Shown here: in pieces, positions 1 to 11,678 of the stretch
Position numbering within the stretch: position 1 is the first letter of the stretch
How the letters are laid out: every line of letters begins with the position of its first letter
Assembly (NCBI RefSeq): GCF_018350175.1
Contig: NC_058368.1
Span: forward strand, 25,422,001 to 25,486,000
Reading direction: 5' to 3'
DNA length: 64,000 bases
Origin: Felis catus
Lineage: Eukaryota
The notes under the pieces: model-generated
The model's database searches: none
What the model saw: the letters and a program-made list of their open reading frames with translations, nothing else
Told to the model about the DNA's origin: nothing
Position numbers and translations under genes: made by a program

Positions 1-890
1 GCTCAAAAACAAGTCTTCAGACAGCCTAAGAATGTTCTCTCCACTCACACGGTTTGTTTTATTATGCAAACCCATATATATTTTAAAAACCAGTCCAAAC
101 TTAAAAACAAGCTGAGGACATTTTGTCAATGAGGCTTACACCCAAATGGTAAAATGCGGAGACCTCCAAGCATACATCCAAATCAGAGATGAAATACGGT
201 TTCCTTTCTGCACCTACGGACGCTGCTTTTCTTGCAATCATTCATCAAGGTACAATCACTGGCTGCCTTATAAAATGCCAACTATAATAAAAGAGGCACA
301 AGATTCTGCACTTGCAGATTTACCTTTAAAGAAAATCATTTTCAAGTTTTAAAATCGTTTATTCTGCCTCTGCTATTCTAGTAACATTCACCAGATAAGA
401 AGTGAAAAATGTTTGGTCCACAAATTCGAAGAAGCAATGCCTTAAATGATCACATTTATCTGTGTGAACTCGAGTGCTTCCGCTGTATGCCTGTGCGTGT
501 GTACGTCTTTGTCTCTGACTCACTGCACTCCAACAGGATGGGGGAAGGGACCTGAATTTGGAATAAGATAACATAAAAGGGATGCTCAGTCCTCTGAGCT
601 GTAGTATCTACTAAATATTCTGACTGGAGTCTGAAGAGCAGTGAGGGACCGAGGTTGACAGAAGATAATGAGGCAACAGTGAATGATATGAGCAAGGGCA
701 ACGCTGAGACTGAGCATGGGGGATGGGACTGACTTCTCAGTGATGTCCAGAGGCAGGGCCTTTCCCTCCCCAATCCCTCCATGAGTACTGTATTTTAAAA
801 GAGGTGTCCCCGCTATAGATGTGTAGCACGTTCATGGAGAACCATTATATGATTCAGGCTTGGAACACATGTTTTCTACATAAAACCTCT

Positions 891-1013
891 CTTTTTTTTT
901 TTTTTTTTTAAGATTTTATTTTCATGTAATCTCTACATCCAGCTTGGGACTCGAACTCACAACCCCAAGATCAAGAGTCGCATGCTCCACCGACTAGGCC
1001 AGCCAGGCACCCC
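891..1013 (-). mobile_element. Short Can-SINE
   Basis: poly-T plus ...CCAGCCAGGCACCCC; TSD-like ATAAA(A)CCTCT. Confidence 0.85.
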
Positions 1014-1045
1014 ATAAACCTCTAATTTAAAAAAAAATGTTCAAT

Positions 1046-1145
1046 GGGCACTGAGGAGGGCACCTGTTGGGATGAGCACTGGGTGTTGTATGGAAACCAA
1101 TTTGACAATAAGTTACATTAAAAAAATAAAAATAAAAATAAAAAA
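1046..1145 (+). mobile_element. Very short L1 3' end
   Basis: GGGCACTGAGGAGGGCACCTGTTGGGATGAGCAC...A-tail, same 3' UTR as the L1 at 22014; TSD AAAAATGTTCA. Confidence 0.8.
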
Positions 1146-2388
1146 TGTTCATAGTGCCCAGAGCCTTCCAAAATGCACAATTACAGAGTTATACCAGATT
1201 TACCAAACCTATACTAACTCACTTAGACAGCCACATCAGTGAATTTATATTCTCTTGACTTCTACAAAGACTGCTTTTCCAGAAAAACCCTTTAATCCTA
1301 GATTTCATTATAATCCACTTGCTTATGTCAGAAGATTCATTCTGCTGCTCTGTTATTGCAGAATACTCACCTACAATATTTCCCATCAGTATTAACATGG
1401 ATACTCTCCCAAAAATACAAACACATATAAGGGTACAATCTACACACATAAGGACAATTTCAGCAAAAACTATAATGACTTGCCTGTAAATAACAAAGTA
1501 TCAATACTTGTGCCATTTTTTAAAATTCAAAACCCAGTAAGAAACATTTCTACCACCCTCCTTTTAAATTTATGTGGTGGGGGAAAAACACACATACTCC
1601 AAATACTTAACATGAATGGACTGAAATCCAGTAAACATGTACCATATGCCAATGATAAACAAAAGAGGAGCTTGACTGCTTTAACATTTCTGTATTTGCT
1701 TTTTTGGTATTTATTATTATTTTTAAAAACAAATACCTTCTGACTTTCAAACGAAAGTCACAGGCTTCAAGCATAGTAGCGTTGATGGCCCCAGCAAAAA
1801 AAATTTACTCACAGACAATTCACTTAGTTGACTCCTGGTCCTTTCAAAGATACATCTGTCTCCCCAGTTTGGACTTAGGTAAGTAAATTTGAGATGAAAG
1901 GCTGTCATATTTTAATTCTTTTTATAATGTCCTCCAATACATGTCCAGACAGATAGCAGACGCTTAATAAATGAAAGCTAATTTCAAGGCTTTTTTAAGC
2001 ATTTTTATGAAGTCCTTCGTAACCGTACTCAAGTATTAAAACAAAATGAAATAACAACGACAAAAAACCCCGATTAGGTCGAAACAGGAAAGTCAAAATA
2101 GCCATAATCTGATTTTTTCATTGCTAGCCTTAGCCAGCTGATGGATTTTGGCTAGGAGTCAATATTTGCACTCTTTCTCTTAAAAACCAAAAACCGTGTA
2201 AGCGTATCTAAAAGTCCAAACCAAAAAGCTTCCGTAATAGGAAACATGGTGATTTCCCAGACGGAATCATTAAGATTTGGGCTTACTAGTTGCTGTCTCC
2301 TGCCAGAGTTTTCACAAGAGAGTAATTCAAAAGGAAATCGAAGGAAGAATTCAAAATTACTTTAGCAAATATGCACCAAGGTCTCTAC

Positions 2389-2523
2389 CTTTGTCATGAA
2401 CTCCTCCAGCTGCTCTACAAACTGCTTGGTCTGCTGCTGAATAAACTGCTCACAGGCCGATTTCAGATGACGGTCTACATCTTTTTTAGAGTCAAGATAA
2501 TGTTCTCTTATCTCAGGAGTACC
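2389..2523 (-). CDS. COG3: COG3 exon 19 (135 nt)
   Basis: ttttaag|[24 protein letters not shown]...EEFMTK; AAG|GTAGAG. Confidence 0.96.
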
Positions 2524-5500
2524 CTTAAAAAGAAGATGACAATTTCCTCCTGTTTTTATGTGCCTAGAAATGACCAGACGTGTAAAGAATGCCGTTTATC
2601 TCCCGCCACCAATGAAACAGACTCCTTCTCACCTCCAACAAGAACTCTATCAAGGCGTTGTTGCTATTCAGCCTAAAAAATCTTGGGACAGTCATAGGGT
2701 TCAGGATTTTAAACGCTGCATCTGCGAAACAAAATTACTCATCCCGTGAACACGTACGGTTTTAAGAGAAAAGCCGAGTTACGGTTTCAGTGTGTTAATA
2801 TACACCGGTTCTCTGTTACCACAAAGCAAGAGAAGTTTCATTTCTACCAACTCACCACCATGGATGGAGGAGCGTGAGATCAGCGGCAACCACAGCTACA
2901 GTACCCACCACACAGTTATTTTCCACAAGTCAGACTTGGGACATGACTATTGATCTCAATTACTCATTTACAGAAAAAAAAAAGAAAAATGATAAATGGT
3001 AATTGATATCTTAAAATGTCACTGCTTTACTTTTAGGGTGCTAAACAGGTTTTTCAAAAAAAAAAAAAATAATTCATATACTTACCCAGCTTCGTTTGTC
3101 AGGATCCTGCCTGGCACAGAAATTTATTCATTTGAAAAGGAGAGTGAATAAACTCATGTGTCAGCCAGAAAGAAAACACCAAAAGGACATATTTACCCCT
3201 CAACCTCCAGACTAACTAGAATCTACACAAAGCACTAACTGAGGTCTCATTGATGTTCAAATGCAATAAGATACAGTGTTAGTCATGAGAGGTTAGAGGT
3301 TTAAAGAGAGCAAGTATTCTTAAGTGACAGTCAGAAAAGACATTTCTTCGCTTTGCCACACGGCAGAAAGCAGAGCACGAAATGTTTCTAACCCTGGTTT
3401 TTACCAGTACACACACAGGGGTACTACTGCCCGCACCCTGATCTGACTGAAAAAGGCCTCTTTGTCACGCTCAGCACTGAGAGTAAAGCTTTGGTAAATG
3501 GCTCTTTGTTTCTGCTGTCTTTTCTACCAGATAACCTAAAAGACTGTGATAAATAGAATCAAATCAGTTTTGTAGGATTACACAGGCTTTATAATGTTTT
3601 AGGGAAAACATACTTTAAACCAGAATTTGCTGGGGCACCTGGGTGGCTCAGTCGGTTAAGCATCTGACTTCGGCTCAGGTCATGATCTCACGGCTCATGA
3701 GTTCGAGCCCCACATCAGGCTCTGGGCTGACAGCTCAGAGCCGGGAGCCTGCTTCAGATTCTGTGTCTCCCTCTCTCTCTGCCCCACCCCCCACTTACAC
3801 TCTGTCTCCCTCTCTCAAAAATAAATAAACGTTAAAATAAAGAAATAAAGAAATAACAGTATTTGCCAAAATCTTAGGGCATTTCATTTTCTCACACTTC
3901 ACTGGGTCTATACTAGAACTAAGCAGCAACAAATATGCATTAGAAATTAAGTGAAAGACTATATACTAATTTGGATTAAGTTTAAAAAAATTAAAAATTA
4001 AACAAAAAAAGAATTAGAAATTAAGTGAAAGAAAGTAGACCAGCCCTACTTTATCCCATCACTTAAAAACAGTTAAGGACCAGCAGCCCTTGGCACCCTT
4101 CAAGGTTAGAACACTATTCCCATGCCTCTCACTGAAAGGACAGAAGGGAATCAACTAGACTGGTTAGGGGATGGGAGCCTCTGATGAGAATAAGCTCTAA
4201 AAAAATTATTCATCCTATAAAAGCCAAAAGCCAGGAAACCTGGCTGCTGTTTAAAATAAAATTAAAAAAAAAACAAAAAACAAAAAAAAACAGGGGCACT
4301 TGGGTGGCTCAGTCCGTTAAGTGTCCAACTTCAGCTCAGGCCATGATCTCACGGTTCGTGGGTTCGAGCCCCACATCGGGCTCTGTGCTGACAGCTCAGA
4401 GCCTGGAGCCTGCTTCGGATTCTGTGTCTCCCTTGCCTTCTGCCCCTCCCCTGCTCATGCTCTGTGTGCATCTCTCTCTCTCTCTCAAAAACAAATAAAT
4501 ATTTTTAAAAATTATAAAAATAAATAAATCACAAGGTATATAAATAACACACAGGCTTACTATTCAAATTCCAACAGAACCAAAAGGTATTTTCTGTGGT
4601 GAAAAGGAGAGAGCCCTAGGAAAAGAAAGAGTAAACTGTTCTAACATGGCTCATGATGAGACCACTTTGGTTCTCAGGTGAGTTAAGTCAAGCCCACTAT
4701 TTTTATAAGCGCAGTCATTAGGGAACTAAAAACCGGCTGCCTATGCAAATCCTGTATTTGGAGTTCTCCTGAACCACAGAGTACAGGAAATCATCTGTAA
4801 CTATTTTCTCAATTCCCCCAATACTCAAGAGAGAGATTCATTATATAAACAATGACTTAAGGCACTGGAGCTTAATTCTCTTGGAAATGGTTAAGAAAAG
4901 ACAAAATTTAGATAAATTTGTATGTAGGGGAAACTAGGGATATTCTTAGTACCGTATATCTTGAACCACTTAAGATCAACATCTTAGAAAATAACTATTT
5001 TGATCTTTTAGAAATGAGCTCTGTTAATCCAGTCACAGACAAATCATTAGGATGGATGAATCATCTTTCCCAAAATGATTCAATGTCTATTAACAATTCA
5101 AAACTCCTATCCACATAATTATTTAACAACTAGCTGATTTAATAATACCAATTAGGCTTATTTATGCATCTAAAGCTTATTAAGCACTTTAACATACATT
5201 TTCATGCTTAATGATCTCAATAACCTCGTGAAGTTATCATGACAAGTTGATTCTGCTCATTTTCCCTGGGACAGAAAAGCTAAAACCCCCATCCAAGATC
5301 ACACAAGAGCCAGGAAATGATGGGCCAGAAACAGAACCCAACTCTTTCAGACTCTTAGATAAGTACTCCTCCATTTTACCCAGCTGGCTTCCTGAATTTT
5401 CATGAACTGACAAACTCTACTCAGTGTTTAAAATCACGCCAATTAGCTGACACTGTAAGTAGCTGTTACACTGATTTTTCATTTTTTCACTGGTTATGGT

Positions 5501-8293
5501 AATATGTAGCAGAGTCAAAGAGAAGTAACGCTATATTACAAACTGAACTGCTCGGATACAGTTCCCTTCATAAGGAAAATATAGCAAGTTAGACGTAGTT
5601 AGGATGTTGACAGCTCAGCTTAGTACGAACAAGTAACAAGCTTAGCAAGCACAGCATGCAAAAACAATTGCAGATGAACATAAAATAAACCTATAACCTT
5701 TGCTGACACATTTGGACAGGTCAAACACACCCAACTGTGCCAGCCAGGACAATAAAGTACCTCTAGTTTTCTTGAGGTCCAGGGAAATTTCCTTAATGGT
5801 GAATTCGGTATGAAATGGAGCAATCTGTTCACGAAGGATCAAAAGGTGCTTAATTAAGAAAAGTTGTCCATCAATCTGAGTCTAAATTGTAAAACAGAAA
5901 AATGGATATCATCACAGATTAAATAAAAAACATAAAACACATGTGTTATTAATCAACATTAATCTACCTAAGTTCATGGCCCTTAACCTAACCATATGTA
6001 CCCATGGCTCCCTCGGTGTGCAGTGAACTCTCCCATATTACCCATGTTAGAACTCCCTGGAAAAAATCTTGCTGCAAACCCTTACTAACACGGCCGTCCA
6101 CTCTGTCAATCCAAGGAAGTAAATCAGACCAAAGGTTGTAAAGTCAACACATTTAGAAAAGAAATCAAATCTACTTTAATTTGGTTCAGAAACAGAAGAG
6201 ATGGAGTGACCCAACCTCGGCACGGAGTAGGAAGTCAAGTTCAAAGCATGAGCATGATTCCGACCTCAGCTTTCTAGCTTCTCGTTAGGTAACAGGGCTC
6301 TCACTGTTTGGTCAAAGTGGTTTCAATATCCCGAATATCAGAAATAATCACATTTACACAAAAATACAAAAGGAGCTTCCAAAGGCAGAAATGAGTTGGG
6401 GTTACCATTGTGGATTATCTTCCCACTGACAGAGCCTTGCCTGCCTACACCCTGAGAGTGGCTGCACCGGGCACTATCGACACTAGCCAAAGTATGGAAA
6501 GAGCCCAAATGTCCATCGGTGGATGAATGGATAAAGATGATGTGGTATATATATATACAATGGGGGATTACTCGGCAATCAAGAAGAATGAAATCTTGCT
6601 ATTTGCAACTACATGGATGGAACTAGAGGATATTATGCTAAGCAAAATTCGTCAGAGAAAGACAAATATCATGACTTCACTCATATGAGGACTTTAAGGT
6701 ACAAAGCAGATGAACATAAGGGAAGGGAAGCAAAAATAATATAAAAACAGGGACGGGGACAAAACATAAGAAACTCTTAAATATGGAGAACAGAGGGTTA
6801 TTGGAGAGGTTTGGGGATGGGGGATGGGCTAAATGGGTAAGGGGCTTAGGGAATCTACTCCTGAAATCATTGTTGCATTATATGCTAACTTGAATGTAAA
6901 TTAAAAAATAAATAAATTAAAAAAAAAGAGAGAGACAGAGAGAGCGGCCACATGGGCATCTTCCCTGTTAGGCCCTGTCCGGAACGGTCTTGATTCAAGC
7001 TTTATTGCCAAAGCTCAGACCCAATCCTGAAACAGTGAAAAATGATAACTTTCATGTCAGGAAAAAGTCTGTATATTAACAAAAGCAAGGCTGCGTTTGC
7101 TCGTTCTTGCTGCCTACTCAAGATAGAATTTTACTTTGAAAATATTTCCAACGATGTTACACTATACTAAGAAAAGAATAAAGTCCTTCAGTAAATAATA
7201 AAAATTTTAAAGGGGTTACTAAACAAAGTAACTCCTCTCTGGTTTCTCTCTCTCTTCCCTCCTTCTAAATAAACCCATCATCAATATAGAAGTACGATTT
7301 ATTGATGGAAACTCACTTTGCACTCTGGCACACAGAGCATTAAATAAGCAGGAAACATTCTGAATACTTGCTCTATTTTTCAAAAAACTAACAACTCCAA
7401 GGGGCAAAAATAGTACAATATAGATTGACTTTACTACAGCTGTTATCCAGCGAATGGTACCATGTTAGTAATTTACTGATACACTAGGTGCTCAATTTAA
7501 AAGTACAGAAGAACAATTTCTTGCCTTAAAAAGCCAACACATTAAGTGATCATTTTCTTGAAAGGCAAAAGTATAAACTCCACAATGACAACAAATTAGC
7601 TAATGCTTACCAAATAGAGGGCTTCCTCATACATACTTAAACCCCTTATAATATGTAGGAAGCAAAGCTAGATAAAATAGGACAGCCTCACAGGCCTCAC
7701 AGGGTAAGGACTGAAGAATCAAAAAGCCCTTCATACTTCCCTTTAAAAAGAGAACAGTGGTATAAGACCTAAGTCGATACACTTATTTTTAAATTAGGTC
7801 ATTTTTTTTTCTCCTGATGATCTAAGAAACACACGCCCATGCTAGATAATCTGATAAATAAGAAAAGTATAGAGAAAAGAAGGGAAAATCATCCACAGTC
7901 CCCCAAAAGCTTTCAAAAGCGTTTTCACTGAAGTCCTAATGTAGATCTGGTTTGTATCCTTTTTTTTTTGCCTTAACATATTTAAGTTGAATGTTACTGC
8001 TTCATTAAAAATTTAATGGTCGTGTAATAGTCTACTATATGGAACATGCCACAATTTATTTAACCATTTACCTAATATTAGAATGTTTTTCCTGATTTCG
8101 TGTATTAAAGGAAATGTGAGAGCTCAGACTTAGAAACACTTTTTAAAACTTAAATCTGCCTGTCTACAACTAACTTTCCATCCTCTTTCTAGCAAACAAA
8201 AATTGTAACCTTCCATTCCACGAGTGGGAGAATGAAGTTGTCACAGAGGTACAACTTTCCTAGCAAAAGAACCCCAAATTCTTTGGTGGGAAG

Positions 8294-8338
<45 letters not shown>

Positions 8339-11300
8339 CCTAATTTATCTAAAGCCTTGAAGACTCAAGCAGCCAAAAAGGTTTCCCTGAAAACACCTCC
8401 CACAGCTCCCTCCCCCTGGGTAACAGGTATTTTAACAGAGGGTTAAACAGAGCAACACTTCTGACCAGGCTGTAAAAAATTCTCAGAGGCCTTCAGCCCC
8501 AGATCCCTTCTTGATTAAAAACTAAGTCACAAAGTCATGGCAACGACTTCCAGTCATGCAACCCATGGGCCACAACTGTCTGTCTTCCAAATTGACTTAG
8601 TAGATTTCCTCTGCTCAACAATTTAAAACCATCACTGAAGGATGATTATAAATTGCTACATTCCCTTGAAAACACAGTTTTGGTCTTCCAGGGAAACAGG
8701 AATCTACTACCTTCCCAGTTTCTAAGAGTATATAGTAAGAAACTTTTATCCTACAGAATGTATAACCTAAGTATCATTTTTGGTACTTTAGCAAAATTGG
8801 CACTCTTTTATACAGCGCAGTCTTTATTTAGCACTATAACAGAATACAACTGAACCTTGAACAACATGGTTTGAACTGCAATGGTCCACTTACGCACGTG
8901 CATTTTTTAGAGTACAGTAATGTAAATGTATTTTCTCTTCCCCATGATTTTCCTAATAACATTTTCTTTTCTCTAGCTTATTTTATTCTAAGAATACAGT
9001 ACATAATACATATAACATACAAAATGTGCTAATTGACTATGTTATCAGTAAGGCTTCCAGTCAACAGAAGGCTATTTATTAGTAGTTCAGTGTTCGAGGA
9101 GTCAAAAGTTCTACATGTATCTTCACCTTCGTGGGGGGACCTGTGCCCCATAACTCCTGTGCTGTTCAAGGGTCAACTGTTCTAGCTTCTCTTAAAGGGC
9201 CTCAAAATCAAATCACATTAAACAAACATATCCTACTGCCAACACGGCTTTAAATTTCTGCGCCTATAAATAAATGCTGTATTGAACGAACAGTATTATT
9301 ATAGGTAACAAGATTTCACCTAACACTTCATCAAACCTTGTTTTTGCTGATAGACTCTGATGCTCCAAGTAGTGACTGAATGCAGGCAGACAAGGCTTCC
9401 TGGGACAATCCTTGGAACACTGCCCTCTGGTGAAATAAAAGAAAAACATTACCCTGGAGTGTTTCACAACACAGGAAAAAGAAAAAAATGGAAGCCGAGT
9501 ACAACGAACAATGAATGCTTGCTTACCCTCAATATAGCTGAATTAAGTTATATTACTGGCAATATTCCCCCTGGCATTTCCTACTCCTATTCTTATTTCT
9601 AGACCAATACATGCTTTTGTAATGTGCATCTCTCAAGACATTCATGTGACCCTTCAACATCTCCTTAGCACCTATTTCATGCTAGGCTCTGTGCTAAATG
9701 CTGGATGCACAGTGGTGGGTGGACAAGGCAGATGTGGTTCTGACTCCATGGAGACCTGACTTCAATATGTTGGAGGCTTTTTTTTTTTTTAACTCAATAA
9801 AACCAACTTTAAAACAAAGGCTCAGTCACCCAAGTTCTAAAAAATGTATCTCTATGCGGGGGGTGGAGGGAATATACACACGCCCTATGAACTATATTCT
9901 TAAGAAACAGTAGCATTTGGACAATTAATAACACAGCTGTTATATTTAATCGCTTTTTTCTTCATATGCTACTGGAGTTGTTACACAGTTTAATTTAAAG
10001 TAAAGCCACTGAATTTTAGGGATGCCTGGCTGGCTCAGTCAGAGGAGCGGGCAATTCTTAATCTCGGGGTCGTGAGTTCAAGCCCCATGTTGGGTAGAGA
10101 TTACTTAAATAAAACTTAAACAAAACAAAAAAACACTGAATCTTACATTTCAGCAGCAAGTTCCTAACAGTAAATAAATATAGACAAATAATCTGTCAAG
10201 ATTGATAATCACCCACCACTATGCATCTACATTAATCGTATCATTAAACATTCTGGAATGTATACAATAACTCTTACCTAAAATCAATGCAATGTTTAAG
10301 TTGGTGCTTACGGGAAAAAAAAGTACTGCTAATTTCAGCAAACAACGAAAATTAATCCCATGATTAGAAACACATGCAACCTTAATAGTACTTATCAAGG
10401 ATGCTGATTTTTTTTTCAACGTTTATTTATTTTTGGGACAGAGAGAGACAGAGCATGAACGGAAGAGGGGTAGAGAGAGAGGGAGACACAGAATCGTAAA
10501 TAGGCTCCAGGCTCCGAGCCATCAGCCCAGAGCTTGACGTGGGGCTCAAACTCACGGACCGCGAGACCGTGACCTGGCTGAAGTCGGACGCTTAACCGAC
10601 TGCGCCACCCAGGCGCCCCTCAAGGATGCTGATTTAAATGGAGTACAAAACTAAAGTAGATGCATTTAATAATAAATTTAATACTAAATGTACATTATGC
10701 CCATGTGACATTGGACATGTCACTTAACCTTTCTGCATGTCTTTTTGCTTATCTATAAACTAAACTAAAACAGATGACTTAACTAGTAGTTTTAAACTTA
10801 TATGTGGTCATAGGTCCCTATGAAAAGCAATAAAAGCCATAACCCTTCTCAGAAAGACACAAATATAAACATACATACACAATTTTGCCCACAATTTCAA
10901 GGTGCTCACAGAGTCCCTAAAGGCCACTAGTGAATTCTAAGGTTCTAAAGAATGCACAGGTTAAGAATTCCTAACTTAGACTCATCTTAAACCTACCTCT
11001 GTACTGAAAAATCGTATGATTTGAATTTGATACCAAACAAAATACTACATCAATATCTTAAAATAAAATTAAAATTAAAAAATTTCACGTGAAACAGCAA
11101 GCAATTTACACTAAAGATACAAGAATTTACACACATACATCTATGCATCTGTACAATTTGGAGAGACACACAAGAGTTCTTCGAACTGTAGGATACCACA
11201 TTCCATGAAGATCTGCTGGAGAAATTGTCGTCTGTGGTCTAGGATTGAGGGATTCTGTTGAACCTAAAAATCCAAATGGAAAAGACACATTTCACACACA

Positions 11301-11623
11301 TAGAGATCCGTCTTACTTGCATGGCAACTGTAACCTGTTTGTTCTCTTTAGTTATCAATACCTAGGGGCAACCATTTTTTCTAGATTTTCTTCACCTTTA
11401 ATCAAGAATGCCAAGGGGGGTGCCTGGCTACCTCAGTCAGTAGAGCATGGAACTCCTGAATTCATAAGTTCGGGCCCCATGTTGGGGGTAGAGTTTACTT
11501 AATAAAAAAAAAAAAAAGCAAGAAAGCAAGAAAGAAAAGAAAAAGAAATCTTAAAAAAATAAATGCCACAGGAACCCCCGAATCGGTGATAGCTAAGATT
11601 TAACACAGTAAGAATACACATGA

Positions 11624-11678
<55 letters not shown>

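Noticed and set aside
2371..2676. 101-aa plus-strand ORF
   Set aside because: Antisense shadow of COG3 exons 18-19.
3086..3110. Possible 21- or 25-nt microexon with TGG|GTAAGT donor in intron 17
   Set aside because: Weak pyrimidine tract; such motifs are common by chance and there is no other support.
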